From assembly GCA_965205025.1 (NCBI GenBank), contig CBDBFU010000009.1, forward strand, positions 128,001 through 192,000: DNA of 64,000 bases. The letters run 5' to 3'. Shown one piece after another: positions 20,838-30,210 of this stretch. The stretch comes from Candidatus Poribacteria bacterium (GTDB lineage Bacteria > Poribacteria > WGA-4E > WGA-3G). The notes under the pieces were generated by a model that saw nothing but the letters and a program-made list of their open reading frames with translations, was not told the DNA's origin and searched no databases. The translations under genes and the position numbers were made by a program. Position 1 is the first letter of the stretch. Every line of letters starts with the position of its first letter.

Positions 20838-21491
20838 ATGCAACTTCCAAGAGGACCACATAACAGAGGAAAATGTCCGTTTAGTATTGATCCTGCAGAT
20901 GTTATGACTGCGAAAACATCAGTAGACGATTGTGTATCTTGTGTTCAAGGAAAGAGTTCATACTTGAAGGGTTATAAGGAAGATTTTTTTCAATTAGCTT
21001 TTATGACGATTATAGAGGAAACACCGAAGTATGACCCTGATCACCCGAGCGGTGCGAGTTTTACAACGTTCATTAAGAGTCGTGTCTGTACAAGGTTATG
21101 GGGAGAGCGAAGAAAAGTGTTACAACATTTACCTTATCCTCATGAAATGTATTCGCTTACAGATACGGGTGACAATGATAATCCACTTCTTTTTAGTTTG
21201 ATGCATGAGGCGTGTGCCATAGAGAATATAGCAGATACAGTCATTAGACAACTTGAAGTGGAGACACTACGGAGAAATTTACCATACCTCATGGTGAAAC
21301 TCTCAGAAAATGAACGTCGTGTGATTGAACTCAAGTTTTTTGAGGAGTTAAGTGGTGTTGAGATTGCCGAATCCCTTGAAATATCGGAAGGACGCGTTAG
21401 TCAGCTGGCACAGAGAGCTTTGGCAAAGTTAGGGAAAGCGTACCTTTGCATGTTGGATAAAAATATTGGTAACCCCTATGGTAAAAGGTGA
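20838..21491 (+). CDS. alternative sigma-70 factor, FliA/WhiG/SigD-like, copy 1
   Basis: Region 2-like EDFFQLAFMTIIEETPKYDP..GASFTTF; region 4 LSENERRVIELKFFEELSGVEIAESLEISEGRVSQL; AAGGAGG RBS. Confidence 0.9.
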   Translation: MQLPRGPHNRGKCPFSIDPADVMTAKTSVDDCVSCVQGKSSYLKGYKEDFFQLAFMTIIEETPKYDPDHPSGASFTTFIKSRVCTRLWGERRKVLQHLPYPHEMYSLTDTGDNDNPLLFSLMHEACAIENIADTVIRQLEVETLRRNLPYLMVKLSENERRVIELKFFEELSGVEIAESLEISEGRVSQLAQRALAKLGKAYLCMLDKNIGNPYGKR

Positions 21492-21550
21492 GCAAAATTG
21501 GAGGCAATTACTTTCGTTTTAGAAAATAAATTTTAAAATAATATGTCCAG

Positions 21551-22465
21551 ATGAAACATTTAAAGATATTTGTTCTCTCACACATTCGCATCCTTTTTCT
21601 TAGCTGGTGTCTGCTCATTTTAGCGGGGGTAACTGTTGCTAATGCGAAAATTGCCTATTGTGTAGATGGCGACATATACATCAGGAACGATGATGGCACG
21701 AATAGACGCAGGCTCACAAAAACCACACTGTCAGAAGATCGTCATCCCAATTGGTCGCCCGATGGAAAAAAAATCGCCTTTACGAGTGGACGAAGTGGAA
21801 GATATGAGGTGCATGTCGTAGACCTGGAAACGCTTGCTGTCACGCAGTTAACTGGCATTGAAGGGGAGCCGGGTGCAGGTGCTCCCGACTGGTCGCCCGA
21901 TGGCACCCAGATTGTTTATGAAAAGTTTATAAACAATCTTGTCAGGCGACCGGGGTTCGCTGCGGGGTTAACCCATAAAAATATATACGTGATGTCTGCC
22001 GATGGCGAGCAGCAGCCCATCTTCCCTAACCCACAAGCGGGGGCTGATAAGGTGATTATGAGGTTTTTCCCGCGCTGGTCTGCCGATGGACAACGAATTG
22101 TATTTATGGACTGCTCGTGGAAGGGTAAGGACCGCACGTGTTGGATGTCCGTTGCGCGCATCGGCGGTGAAATACAGATTATTCAGGAGGTTCATGACAA
22201 ATTCGGCAAGGATGCGCTGACTGCGGGGGTCTGCTGGATAGAGTATGACCAAGCACTACTTTTCGCACTGAAGCGATTGGATAACCCTAATGCGAAGATT
22301 TATAATCTCTATCGCTATGAGTTTAAGACACGGAGTATCAAACAGTTGACACGAGATATACGGGATGAGAAGTTTCCAGACTGGATAGAAGGCGCGTTGC
22401 CTGTTTCACCACAGGGGAACTTGCCCACACAGTGGGGAGAGAAAAAGCAGGACTTATCTCGGTAG
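21551..22465 (+). CDS. secreted TolB-like PD40 beta-propeller, copy 2
   Basis: Paralog of 16779 lacking one WSPDG repeat; ends VSPQGNLPTQWGEKK. Confidence 0.9.
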   Translation: MKHLKIFVLSHIRILFLSWCLLILAGVTVANAKIAYCVDGDIYIRNDDGTNRRRLTKTTLSEDRHPNWSPDGKKIAFTSGRSGRYEVHVVDLETLAVTQLTGIEGEPGAGAPDWSPDGTQIVYEKFINNLVRRPGFAAGLTHKNIYVMSADGEQQPIFPNPQAGADKVIMRFFPRWSADGQRIVFMDCSWKGKDRTCWMSVARIGGEIQIIQEVHDKFGKDALTAGVCWIEYDQALLFALKRLDNPNAKIYNLYRYEFKTRSIKQLTRDIRDEKFPDWIEGALPVSPQGNLPTQWGEKKQDLSR

Positions 22466-22527
22466 TTCAAAATCTATAAGTGTTTATCACATGAATTGTG
22501 ATTGTACATGGCTTGAAATACCGGACT

Positions 22528-22676
22528 AACTGAATGAAGATTAATTTATTAATTCGGCAATTTTTGAGAAAGATCCAATTCAAGGAATCAACGGTATGAA
22601 TGACATATACCAATCCCCGCCTACCGGGTTTGGGTAAAATAGAATTACCGAAATATTTACTTATTCCTCATAAAGT
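22528..22676. mobile_element. MITE-like repeat, same family as 38054-38216
   Basis: AACTGAATGAAGATTAA..AATTCGGCAAT ... ATTACCGAAAT..TTATTCCTCATAAAGTT imperfect inverted ends; internal AATCAACGGTATGAATG. Confidence 0.7.
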
Positions 22677-22832
22677 TTGTGCTACATTAAAGAGATTTTA
22701 TAAATCGGACTCTAATTACCAGAAATGGTATAAGATCACAATGTGTGTTGTCTGTGAATATAGTTTGGGTGTGTAAAGTAGGAGGGATTCCGATTCCCGA
22801 CGCATCCATCCTTCCCTCTTCTCTTCCTCTTC

Positions 22833-22876
22833 TGTAGGAGCGACCTCCTGGTCGCGACCAGGAGGTCGCTCCTACA
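22833..22876. repeat. perfect 44-bp GTAG-type REP palindrome
   Basis: TGTAGGAGCGACCTCCTGGTCG|CGACCAGGAGGTCGCTCCTACA; related GTAGGAGGGATTCCGATTCC just upstream, with inverted copies near 29290 and 39750. Confidence 0.8.
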
Positions 22877-23027
22877 AGTAATGTGTCTAATTAAATTTAA
22901 AGTTTACTATAAAAATCTGAGTTATCAAACTCACGTCAAAGTACAATAATAAAGGTAGATACCCAAAGAATACCTGCCTCAAAACTCTACTTGTCCGGAT
23001 CATGAAGATTCATACCACCAAGGTATG

Positions 23028-23639
23028 CTACTCGTCATACCACCAAGGTACGCTACTCGAAGAGACATGTGTCATGTGCAAAGGATCCGGATTTTGGGAA
23101 CTGAAAGGTGCTCCAGATATAGTCGCCCATGCCTGGCATTGATCTATAGATATGTTAACATCATAGGGAACTGATGTAGTTACCACACCTCTCGCATCTA
23201 TAGGGTCTGGCAGCATTTGACTTATCGTCCCTTCATAATCCCTGGTTGTCACTCCAGACCCTGGAACTATCCTTGGAACCACCATCACTGTGTTTGCTGG
23301 CGCATAAGGAAACACTACCTCGTGATAGTAATGCCCCTTAAAAGCCGGATTCGTGTTTTTGACACGGGTGCGAGCCATCCAGTGATGTTGTTTATCCTTA
23401 TCTTTGTTTGGTCCTATATTAATCTCGTCTGCATACTGGCTAACCGCCGTACGGGACCGAGTCTCAAGGGGACCATCAACATCTTTTGCATTGCGTCCCC
23501 TATACGTTCTGTCCGAATCTGTTTTTTTTCCAGTATCTCTATGAAAAACACGATTGTTATGTGCTAGGTGTTCCGAAACACTTACGAGTGTTGAAGTACA
23601 CAATAGAGAGCATGTGAGAAAAACAAATACTTTTTTCAT
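23028..23639 (-). CDS. secreted protein B3, no visible similarity to B1
   Basis: Signal peptide MKKVFVFLTCSLL...; same position downstream of an A gene as B1. Confidence 0.7.
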   Translation of the reverse strand: MKKVFVFLTCSLLCTSTLVSVSEHLAHNNRVFHRDTGKKTDSDRTYRGRNAKDVDGPLETRSRTAVSQYADEINIGPNKDKDKQHHWMARTRVKNTNPAFKGHYYHEVVFPYAPANTVMVVPRIVPGSGVTTRDYEGTISQMLPDPIDARGVVTTSVPYDVNISIDQCQAWATISGAPFSSQNPDPLHMTHVSSSSVPWWYDE

Positions 23640-23645
23640 AATCTA

Positions 23646-24395
23646 TTACCTCCTCGGTAATTCTAAAAATTGATACGGGTCAATACCCGCTGTATCATAG
23701 TCCACAGCTGTGAGTCCTGCGGGAAGATCGTCTAATGTAAAACCTTGGTCCTCCCTCTCAAGTGCTGCTTCTAATTCCTCTGGCGTTTCCGCATCCCAAA
23801 ACGCATCGAAAACACCTAAATCATCATCTGGATGTGAGAGAACAACACCGGCAATTCTATCGCCTGATCGTGTTACATAGGCAACACCCCGAATCACGGG
23901 GTAAATGAGTCCACCGCGTCCATAGGTTACACCTTCAGCGTCTATTCCCTGCGTCCATAGTTTTATTCTAACACGGGTCAATAATTCGAAAGTCGGATAA
24001 TCTTTATCCCAATGTACAGGATATGGATAATCTTCGGGCACCTCTGGGTAAGGCCCGAACCCGAATGGAGACACTGACGTATCCTCCGTATCAACCGTTT
24101 CTGTGGTATGTGGTGCTGCCTTATCTATCGTGGACGATGTGTCTTTGATAGGTTTCTTTGCATTTTGCTCAATACCACCTACATTTGAATCGGTTACCTG
24201 TTCTGATGCTGATGGATCGCCAATCGTTACTGTTCGTTGCTTTTTGTATTGACGGATTTTCTCATCATGTAAAGCTGCCTCTTCCCTATAAGGTGCGGTC
24301 GTGTATTGATAGAAAAGATAACACAGACCGGCAAATATAATTAGAAAGCCTATCCCCATAAGAATCCATCTGTTGGTAAAGAACACATAAAACAT
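23646..24395 (-). CDS. membrane-anchored protein A3 (VSPFGFGPYPE family)
   Basis: Same N-terminal half as A1/A2; distinct C-terminal domain keeping ELLTRV.IKLW and GIDPYQFL. Confidence 0.85.
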   Translation of the reverse strand: MFYVFFTNRWILMGIGFLIIFAGLCYLFYQYTTAPYREEAALHDEKIRQYKKQRTVTIGDPSASEQVTDSNVGGIEQNAKKPIKDTSSTIDKAAPHTTETVDTEDTSVSPFGFGPYPEVPEDYPYPVHWDKDYPTFELLTRVRIKLWTQGIDAEGVTYGRGGLIYPVIRGVAYVTRSGDRIAGVVLSHPDDDLGVFDAFWDAETPEELEAALEREDQGFTLDDLPAGLTAVDYDTAGIDPYQFLELPRR

Positions 24396-24591
24396 AATTA
24401 CCTCCTAAGAATAGGGAGTTATCTTATATTAAGTTACATAGATTCAGACCAAAAACCTTTAGCTTTTTTTTAAAATTGAAAAAAGTACTAAAGAATTTTT
24501 GTCTAATCGTATATAATTAAATAGAGACTATATTGTTTGTGTAGAATTATTTCGTCGTTTTCTCGCAATTCGCCTTGAAGGAGGTATATAC

Positions 24592-25245
24592 ATGCAACTT
24601 CCAAGAGGACCACATAACAGAGGAAAATGTCCGTTTAGTATTGATCCTGCAGATGTTATGACTGCGAAAGCATCAGTAGACTATTGTGTATCTTGTGTTC
24701 AAGGAAAGAGTTCATACTTGAAGGGTTATAACGAAGATTTTTTTCAATTAGCTTTTATGACGATTATAGAGGAAACGCCGAAGTATGACCCTGATCACCC
24801 GAGCGGTGCAAGTTTTACAACGTTCATTAAGAGTCGTGTTTGTACAAGGTTGTGGGGAGAGCGAAGAAAAGTGTTACAACATTTACCATATCCTCATGAA
24901 ACGTATTCACTAACAGATACGGATGACAGTGATAATCCACTTCTTATTAATTTGATGCATGAGGCGTGTGCCGTAGAGAATATAGCAGATACAGTCATTA
25001 GACAACTTGAAGTGGAGACACTACGGAGAAATTTACCACACCTAATGGTGAAACTCTCAGAAAATGAACGTCGTGTGATTGAACTCAAGTTTTTTGAGGA
25101 GTTAAGTGGCGTTGAGATTGCCGAATCCCTTGAAATATCGGAAGGACGCTTTAGTCAGTTGGCACAGAAAGCTTTGGCAAAGTTAGGGAAAGCGTACCTT
25201 CGCATGTTGGATAAAAATATTGGTAACCCTTATGGTGAAAGTTAA
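24592..25245 (+). CDS. alternative sigma-70 factor, FliA/WhiG/SigD-like, copy 2
   Basis: Near-identical to 20838-21491, both 217 aa; GRFSQL instead of GRVSQL. Confidence 0.9.
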   Translation: MQLPRGPHNRGKCPFSIDPADVMTAKASVDYCVSCVQGKSSYLKGYNEDFFQLAFMTIIEETPKYDPDHPSGASFTTFIKSRVCTRLWGERRKVLQHLPYPHETYSLTDTDDSDNPLLINLMHEACAVENIADTVIRQLEVETLRRNLPHLMVKLSENERRVIELKFFEELSGVEIAESLEISEGRFSQLAQKALAKLGKAYLRMLDKNIGNPYGES

Positions 25246-25250
25246 TTATT

Positions 25251-25404
25251 CAGGACTTACGCAACTTAATCAGAAAAAGGTAAAATTTGACTTAAAAAGC
25301 CGTCATTTCAGTGTTTTAACCCCCTAAAGAATCAACGGTATGAATGCCTTAGGCATTCCCCGCCCCTTATCAGGGGGACTTTAAGATGAAATGCGTAAGT
25401 CCTG
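25251..25404. mobile_element. MITE with perfect 13-bp terminal inverted repeats
   Basis: CAGGACTTACGCA ... TGCGTAAGTCCTG; internal GAATGCCTTAGGCATTC and CCCCTTATCAGGGG hairpins. Confidence 0.8.
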
Positions 25405-25566
25405 TTATTAATATTTTAGTTGTTGACTCAGATTATAGTATTTTCTCAAGTCGTTCTATTTCTGCTTCGTATGCTGCAATGACGGGGCAACGACATCAGC
25501 GCAGAATTCTTTAGTGGTATAAGAAGTATTCTCATATATCTTATACCAAATTCAATAACATAATGT

Positions 25567-26478
25567 TTACAGGGTCTCTTTTCGTCGCATGTTCACAAGG
25601 TAAATCCCTACGGCTACCAATGCTGTCCCCGTTAATACACTAAAGGATAGTTCATCTCCTAAGAGTAGATAACTAAATACGACCCCTGACACCGGCATTA
25701 GAAAAAAGAAAACTATAATTTTACTTGCCTTATATTTCCTTAATAATGATGTCCAACCAACTAATAATACCCCTGCAACAATCCAACCTTGATAAATAAC
25801 AGCCACAATAATAGGTATATTCAACTTAATTGCTGCATCACCCTCAAAAAAGTAACCCAAGAGTAGAAGACAAGGTATACTAAAACTTAATAACCAGATA
25901 AGGAGCCGATAGGGGTGAATTTCTTGTAGGTATATCTTTGTAAATGTCATTCGTAATCCAACAAGAGCACCACTAAGCGTTACAATAAAATCTCCAATCA
26001 AACTCGTTCCACCACTCCCACTCTGTAATTTTGGTAAGACTGTAACAAACACACCACCAAATGCAGTGATAATTCCTAACACTTTTGGTAAAGACAGTTT
26101 ATCATCCTTAATCCAGAAATGTGCAAATATGACAGCAAATAATGGATAGAGACTTACAAGAATGGTGGAATGGGAGGCAGATGTTAGGTTGGTTCCAATG
26201 TTCAAGCCAATTGTATGAGACAAGTATAGTACTGCGATTACAAATAAACGAGGTAGTTCTTTGAACCGCATTCGCATAGAAATTCCATAGAAAAACCCAA
26301 ATCCGATTACAAAGAAAAAGCCTAATACACAACGGAGTAGTGCCATCTTTAGAGGAGGAATTCCTTCTAAACCGATTTTAACGGTAGGGGAATTGATACC
26401 CCATAATGAGACGATTAACACTACAAGTACAATTATCTTTGCAGAAGGCTCCTCGTTTCTAAAGTCTTTTTCTAACAT
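25567..26478 (-). CDS. EamA/DMT family transporter
   Basis: About 10 TM; LWG.N, IPPL..A.LR, GD, P.SGVVFSYL.LGDEL. Confidence 0.9.
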   Translation of the reverse strand: MLEKDFRNEEPSAKIIVLVVLIVSLWGINSPTVKIGLEGIPPLKMALLRCVLGFFFVIGFGFFYGISMRMRFKELPRLFVIAVLYLSHTIGLNIGTNLTSASHSTILVSLYPLFAVIFAHFWIKDDKLSLPKVLGIITAFGGVFVTVLPKLQSGSGGTSLIGDFIVTLSGALVGLRMTFTKIYLQEIHPYRLLIWLLSFSIPCLLLLGYFFEGDAAIKLNIPIIVAVIYQGWIVAGVLLVGWTSLLRKYKASKIIVFFFLMPVSGVVFSYLLLGDELSFSVLTGTALVAVGIYLVNMRRKETL

Positions 26479-26633
26479 GTTTTTATGGTCAAACCTTTTA
26501 GACTTTAACTGTTTTTGATTTAGAGATTTAGTGCTAATATGACTTTAAGCTTAACAACGAATTGACCTACTAAAGACGAATTATAATGTTATATTTCAAT
26601 TGAATATGGTAATCGCTTCACCTTCTGAGTGTA

Positions 26634-27554
26634 TCAAAGTCGTAGATTCACAAGAAAAATCCCACCTGCAACTAATACCGCACCAATCAATAAGGTCACC
26701 GTCAACTCATCACCTAAAAACAGATAACTAAACACCACCCCTGATAATGGTGTAGCAAAAAAGAATACCACCAGTTTACTCGCGCTGTACCTTTCAAGAA
26801 TAGTTGTCCAAGCTAAAAAACAGAAACCAGCAATAATACCTCCTTGATAGAGGAGAGCAGTTCCACCAGCAAGTGAAATCTGAAATGTTTCACCACGTTC
26901 AAACAAAATACTCAAGGCCGCAAAGCACGGGAGACTCAAAACTAAATACCAAACCAACAGACGATATGGATGGATAGATTGTACTAACAGTTTTGTGACC
27001 ACAACTCGCAGACCTAAAAAACACCCACTTACCAGCACAATAATGTCCCCTATTACACTCGTTTCACCAGAACCCAGATTAGGAGCTACAGTGATGAAAA
27101 CCCCACTGAATGCAACAACTATCCCTAATGTCTTGTTAATGGATAACCGTTCACCTGGAATCCATAGATGGGCAAAAATGGCTGTAAAAAATGGATAGAC
27201 ATTAATGAATATTGTTGAACGAGAGGCTGAGGTGTAAAGGGTGCCAGTATTCAACGTAATTATTTGTAATATGAAAATTACGGTAAGAAGGAGTAGTCTG
27301 GAGAATTCTCCATGTTTTAAACTAAGTGGAATTCGACAATATAGCGACCAACCCCCAACAACCACCAATCCAATACAGAAGCGAACAAACGCCAATGCCA
27401 TAGGGGGTAGATCCTCCAAACCAACTTTAATGGAGGGTGAATTACCACCCCAAAGAAAAGCGAGGAGCAAACTGAGAACTATAATTTTCCCAGTCGGATC
27501 CTCGCTGATTACATGTCCGCTTGTAAGTCTACCAGAAGATTCTGTATTATTCAA
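26634..27554 (-). CDS. EamA/DMT family transporter (tandem paralog)
   Basis: LWGGN, LPPMALAFVR, GERLS, PLSGVVFSYLFLGDEL. Confidence 0.92.
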   Translation of the reverse strand: MNNTESSGRLTSGHVISEDPTGKIIVLSLLLAFLWGGNSPSIKVGLEDLPPMALAFVRFCIGLVVVGGWSLYCRIPLSLKHGEFSRLLLLTVIFILQIITLNTGTLYTSASRSTIFINVYPFFTAIFAHLWIPGERLSINKTLGIVVAFSGVFITVAPNLGSGETSVIGDIIVLVSGCFLGLRVVVTKLLVQSIHPYRLLVWYLVLSLPCFAALSILFERGETFQISLAGGTALLYQGGIIAGFCFLAWTTILERYSASKLVVFFFATPLSGVVFSYLFLGDELTVTLLIGAVLVAGGIFLVNLRL

Positions 27555-27605
27555 AAGAGGGTATCATCCCGTTAATGATATGATTTCCGTAATATATGTG
27601 TGGAC

Positions 27606-28409
27606 TTAATCATAAGCACCAGGACGATGATTCCCCATCAACCTAAGTTGTCGTTCTGTTGCATGCTCCAAAATTGATTCATCAAACTGAAATCGATTCA
27701 GATAGGGTGGATATTTCTGGGTTATCATACGGTTTGCATAATGCACCTGTAAAAGGTAACGTGTCTGATCACTACGATTCGCAGTACCTCTATGCCACAC
27801 TTCACTCCGAAAAATGACGACATCTCCACCATTGCAAAGAATACTTTGTTCTTTAGCCCCCTTCCACTCATTATCTCCATCTGGACCACGACCAGACAGA
27901 TGACTCCCCGGGACAAACTTTGTTGGACCAAGATCTTCATAGAGATCATCCAAATAGTAGTGAGCAGTGGTGATGAAAATTGGAACTTTAATGCGTGGAT
28001 CTTCCAAGATATCTGCTGGAAGTGGGATAGGCAACCAATCTGTATGTAATCCTTGATCAGGACGCCCTGGACCGGTAATCCATGCTGTCATACCAATTAC
28101 ATGGCAATCGCCACCATGAACAGCCTCAGCTAACTCAATAACAGGCGACTTATCAAGATAGTCTAAGAATACTCTATCACGATTGAAGGCGTTATTTATA
28201 TGTTTATTAAGAAAACCCTCACCATTTTCGGGTACGCTATACCTATCATAACTCTCAGGAACTGCTGTCAACCTATCCATTGCCTCGCGAAGTTCTGCCA
28301 GTTCATTTGTATCAATAACCCTCGGAAGATAAGCATATCCGTCATCCTCCATCGCTTTCACTTGATTTTCAAGATCGGGATATGCAATTAAAGGTAATGC
28401 TTCGCTCAT
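27606..28409 (-). CDS. phytanoyl-CoA dioxygenase (PhyH) family protein
   Basis: DDGY, LHTD, GPTKFVPGSH, GDVVIF..EVWHRG..N.S. Confidence 0.9.
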   Translation of the reverse strand: MSEALPLIAYPDLENQVKAMEDDGYAYLPRVIDTNELAELREAMDRLTAVPESYDRYSVPENGEGFLNKHINNAFNRDRVFLDYLDKSPVIELAEAVHGGDCHVIGMTAWITGPGRPDQGLHTDWLPIPLPADILEDPRIKVPIFITTAHYYLDDLYEDLGPTKFVPGSHLSGRGPDGDNEWKGAKEQSILCNGGDVVIFRSEVWHRGTANRSDQTRYLLQVHYANRMITQKYPPYLNRFQFDESILEHATERQLRLMGNHRPGAYD

Positions 28410-28701
28410 ATTTTTACTCCCTAAATAGTACTATCCAAAGGCTGAATAACATGCTCTACATATTAACAATAATAACGGATCATGTCAACTTTTTTATTGA
28501 ACAATTCGTTGTATTAATACATCTAATAAAGTGTTAAGACAAGATTATTAAAATGACTAACAAATCAACCATTTTTTCTATTATTTATATGTAATGTTGG
28601 TCAATATCATGCCTCTCTTGCAATCAAGGAATGGAATAAAATAAAAACTTTTTAAACGCTGAATAATTACAATAATGAAACAACTTAAACAGGAGGATCA
28701 G

Positions 28702-28980
28702 ATGAAGGATAAACATTTGGAATCAAAAGAGATAACGCAAGAAGAACTAAAACCAACAAAAGATTCTGCAATACGGGTTCCTGGGGTCGTGCTTGAATCT
28801 CTACCAGGAAATTTATTCATGGTAGAACTCGAAGATAACGATCACAAAGTTGTCGCATACTTATCAGGGAAGATGATGCAACATAAAATTTGGGTGTTAC
28901 CGGGGGATCAAGTTACGGTTGAACTTTCTCCTTACGACCTAACGCGTGGTCGTATTGTATGGCGAAGTCCTGGTAGTTGA
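28702..28980 (+). CDS. infA: translation initiation factor IF-1
   Basis: [14 protein letters not shown]...[32 protein letters not shown]; AGGAGG RBS. Confidence 0.93.
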   Translation: MKDKHLESKEITQEELKPTKDSAIRVPGVVLESLPGNLFMVELEDNDHKVVAYLSGKMMQHKIWVLPGDQVTVELSPYDLTRGRIVWRSPGS

Positions 28981-29273
28981 GTGGAGCCATTATATGCAGA
29001 TTTTTTTGAAATTACGTAACTTCTTTTTCCAAAAACATACAAAAGTGCATCCAAAAGTGTGTATAGGTGAATCATTATCATTTTTGATAATGGTATCCTA
29101 CTGCCGCTGTATTGCGGAAAAAGGAGGTAATATTATGTTTACTAACCAGAGGAGGTGTGGCACTTAGTGTTACACCCTATGTGGTGTGACACATAGTGTC
29201 GCACTCTTTGGACGGGATAAGGGAACATTGTTCCCTTATCCTTATTTTTTTGCAGTAAATTGTAAATGCTACA

Positions 29274-29366
29274 GAAGAAATGGAAGATTGGGGATCGAAA
29301 TCCCATCCTACAGAAGAGGAGATAGGAGGGGATGGAAGGATGGAAGAAATGGAAGATTGGGATCGG
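29274..29366. repeat. purine-rich direct repeat with REP-like half
   Basis: GAAGAAATGGAAGATTGGG twice, around GGGATCGAAATCCCATCCTAC. Confidence 0.55.
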
Positions 29367-29379
29367 TTAGGTAATAGAT

Positions 29380-30201
29380 CTAATCCCACAAATCTATTCC
29401 AAGAAGTTTACGACCTAAAGGTGTAAGTTCCGGGGATTCATAGTTTTTTGCTTCCCACCCGCGTGGATCTCCAGGATAGGGTCCACGACCAAGAGCCCGT
29501 CGTTCACGCCATAACATAATCCGTTCTTGTCGACGTTCTTCATTCATAGGGTTCGGTGCCCGATAAAAATTCATATACTGTGCAAGTCTTGGTTTATCCG
29601 ATGTATTACGTCCATTACCATGAGGTAGTGCGACATGCCAAATGAGTAATGAACCTGCCTTCCCTGGGACTTGTATGAATTTATCAGGTGTAAGTTCTGG
29701 CACCCAAGTGTTTTCTTCGTCAATCAGCGACTTATGAGCCCCCGGCCAACATACAAAAGATCCTTGATTGTCGGCTGTATCTCTCAGAAACAGGACACCT
29801 TGCGTACTAAACCGCACAGGAAGTTTTGTCGTATCCGCATCCCAATGATACATCCCTTTATGATCCCAGTCAGGATAATCAGGATGCCGAGGAGGCTTCA
29901 TGTTCACCCTGTCTTGGTGAACCCAAATCCGATGTGTACCATATATTTCTTTATAGATTTCGTAAATCGGTGGATGTTGGTATACGTTCCACATTGCCTG
30001 GTGATGATACATTTCTACCATACCAGCGCCGGGTTTGTGAGGTTGTCGATACCAGTCATTCGGATCTGATGGATCCATCTCCAAAAAAGCAAAAATTGCA
30101 TCAACGACTGCCTCACATAATTCAATTGGAACAGCTTCTTCAATAACCATATATCCGTATTCATCGAAATGGTCGTGATGTGATTGTTTAAGCAGTAACA
30201 T
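29380..30201 (-). CDS. phytanoyl-CoA dioxygenase (PhyH) family protein
   Basis: FDEYGY, HWD, QGSFVCWPGAH, GSLLIWH.ALPHGNGRN.S.KPR. Confidence 0.9.
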   Translation of the reverse strand: MLLLKQSHHDHFDEYGYMVIEEAVPIELCEAVVDAIFAFLEMDPSDPNDWYRQPHKPGAGMVEMYHHQAMWNVYQHPPIYEIYKEIYGTHRIWVHQDRVNMKPPRHPDYPDWDHKGMYHWDADTTKLPVRFSTQGVLFLRDTADNQGSFVCWPGAHKSLIDEENTWVPELTPDKFIQVPGKAGSLLIWHVALPHGNGRNTSDKPRLAQYMNFYRAPNPMNEERRQERIMLWRERRALGRGPYPGDPRGWEAKNYESPELTPLGRKLLGIDLWD

Positions 30202-30210
30202 TCAACTCCT

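Noticed and set aside
18912-24395. Diversity-generating retroelement as the source of A variation
   Set aside because: No reverse transcriptase in the window, and differences include indels and non-adenine changes.
29177-29389. Short ORFs on both strands
   Set aside because: They translate a purine-rich repeat and REP-like sequence; no coding signal.
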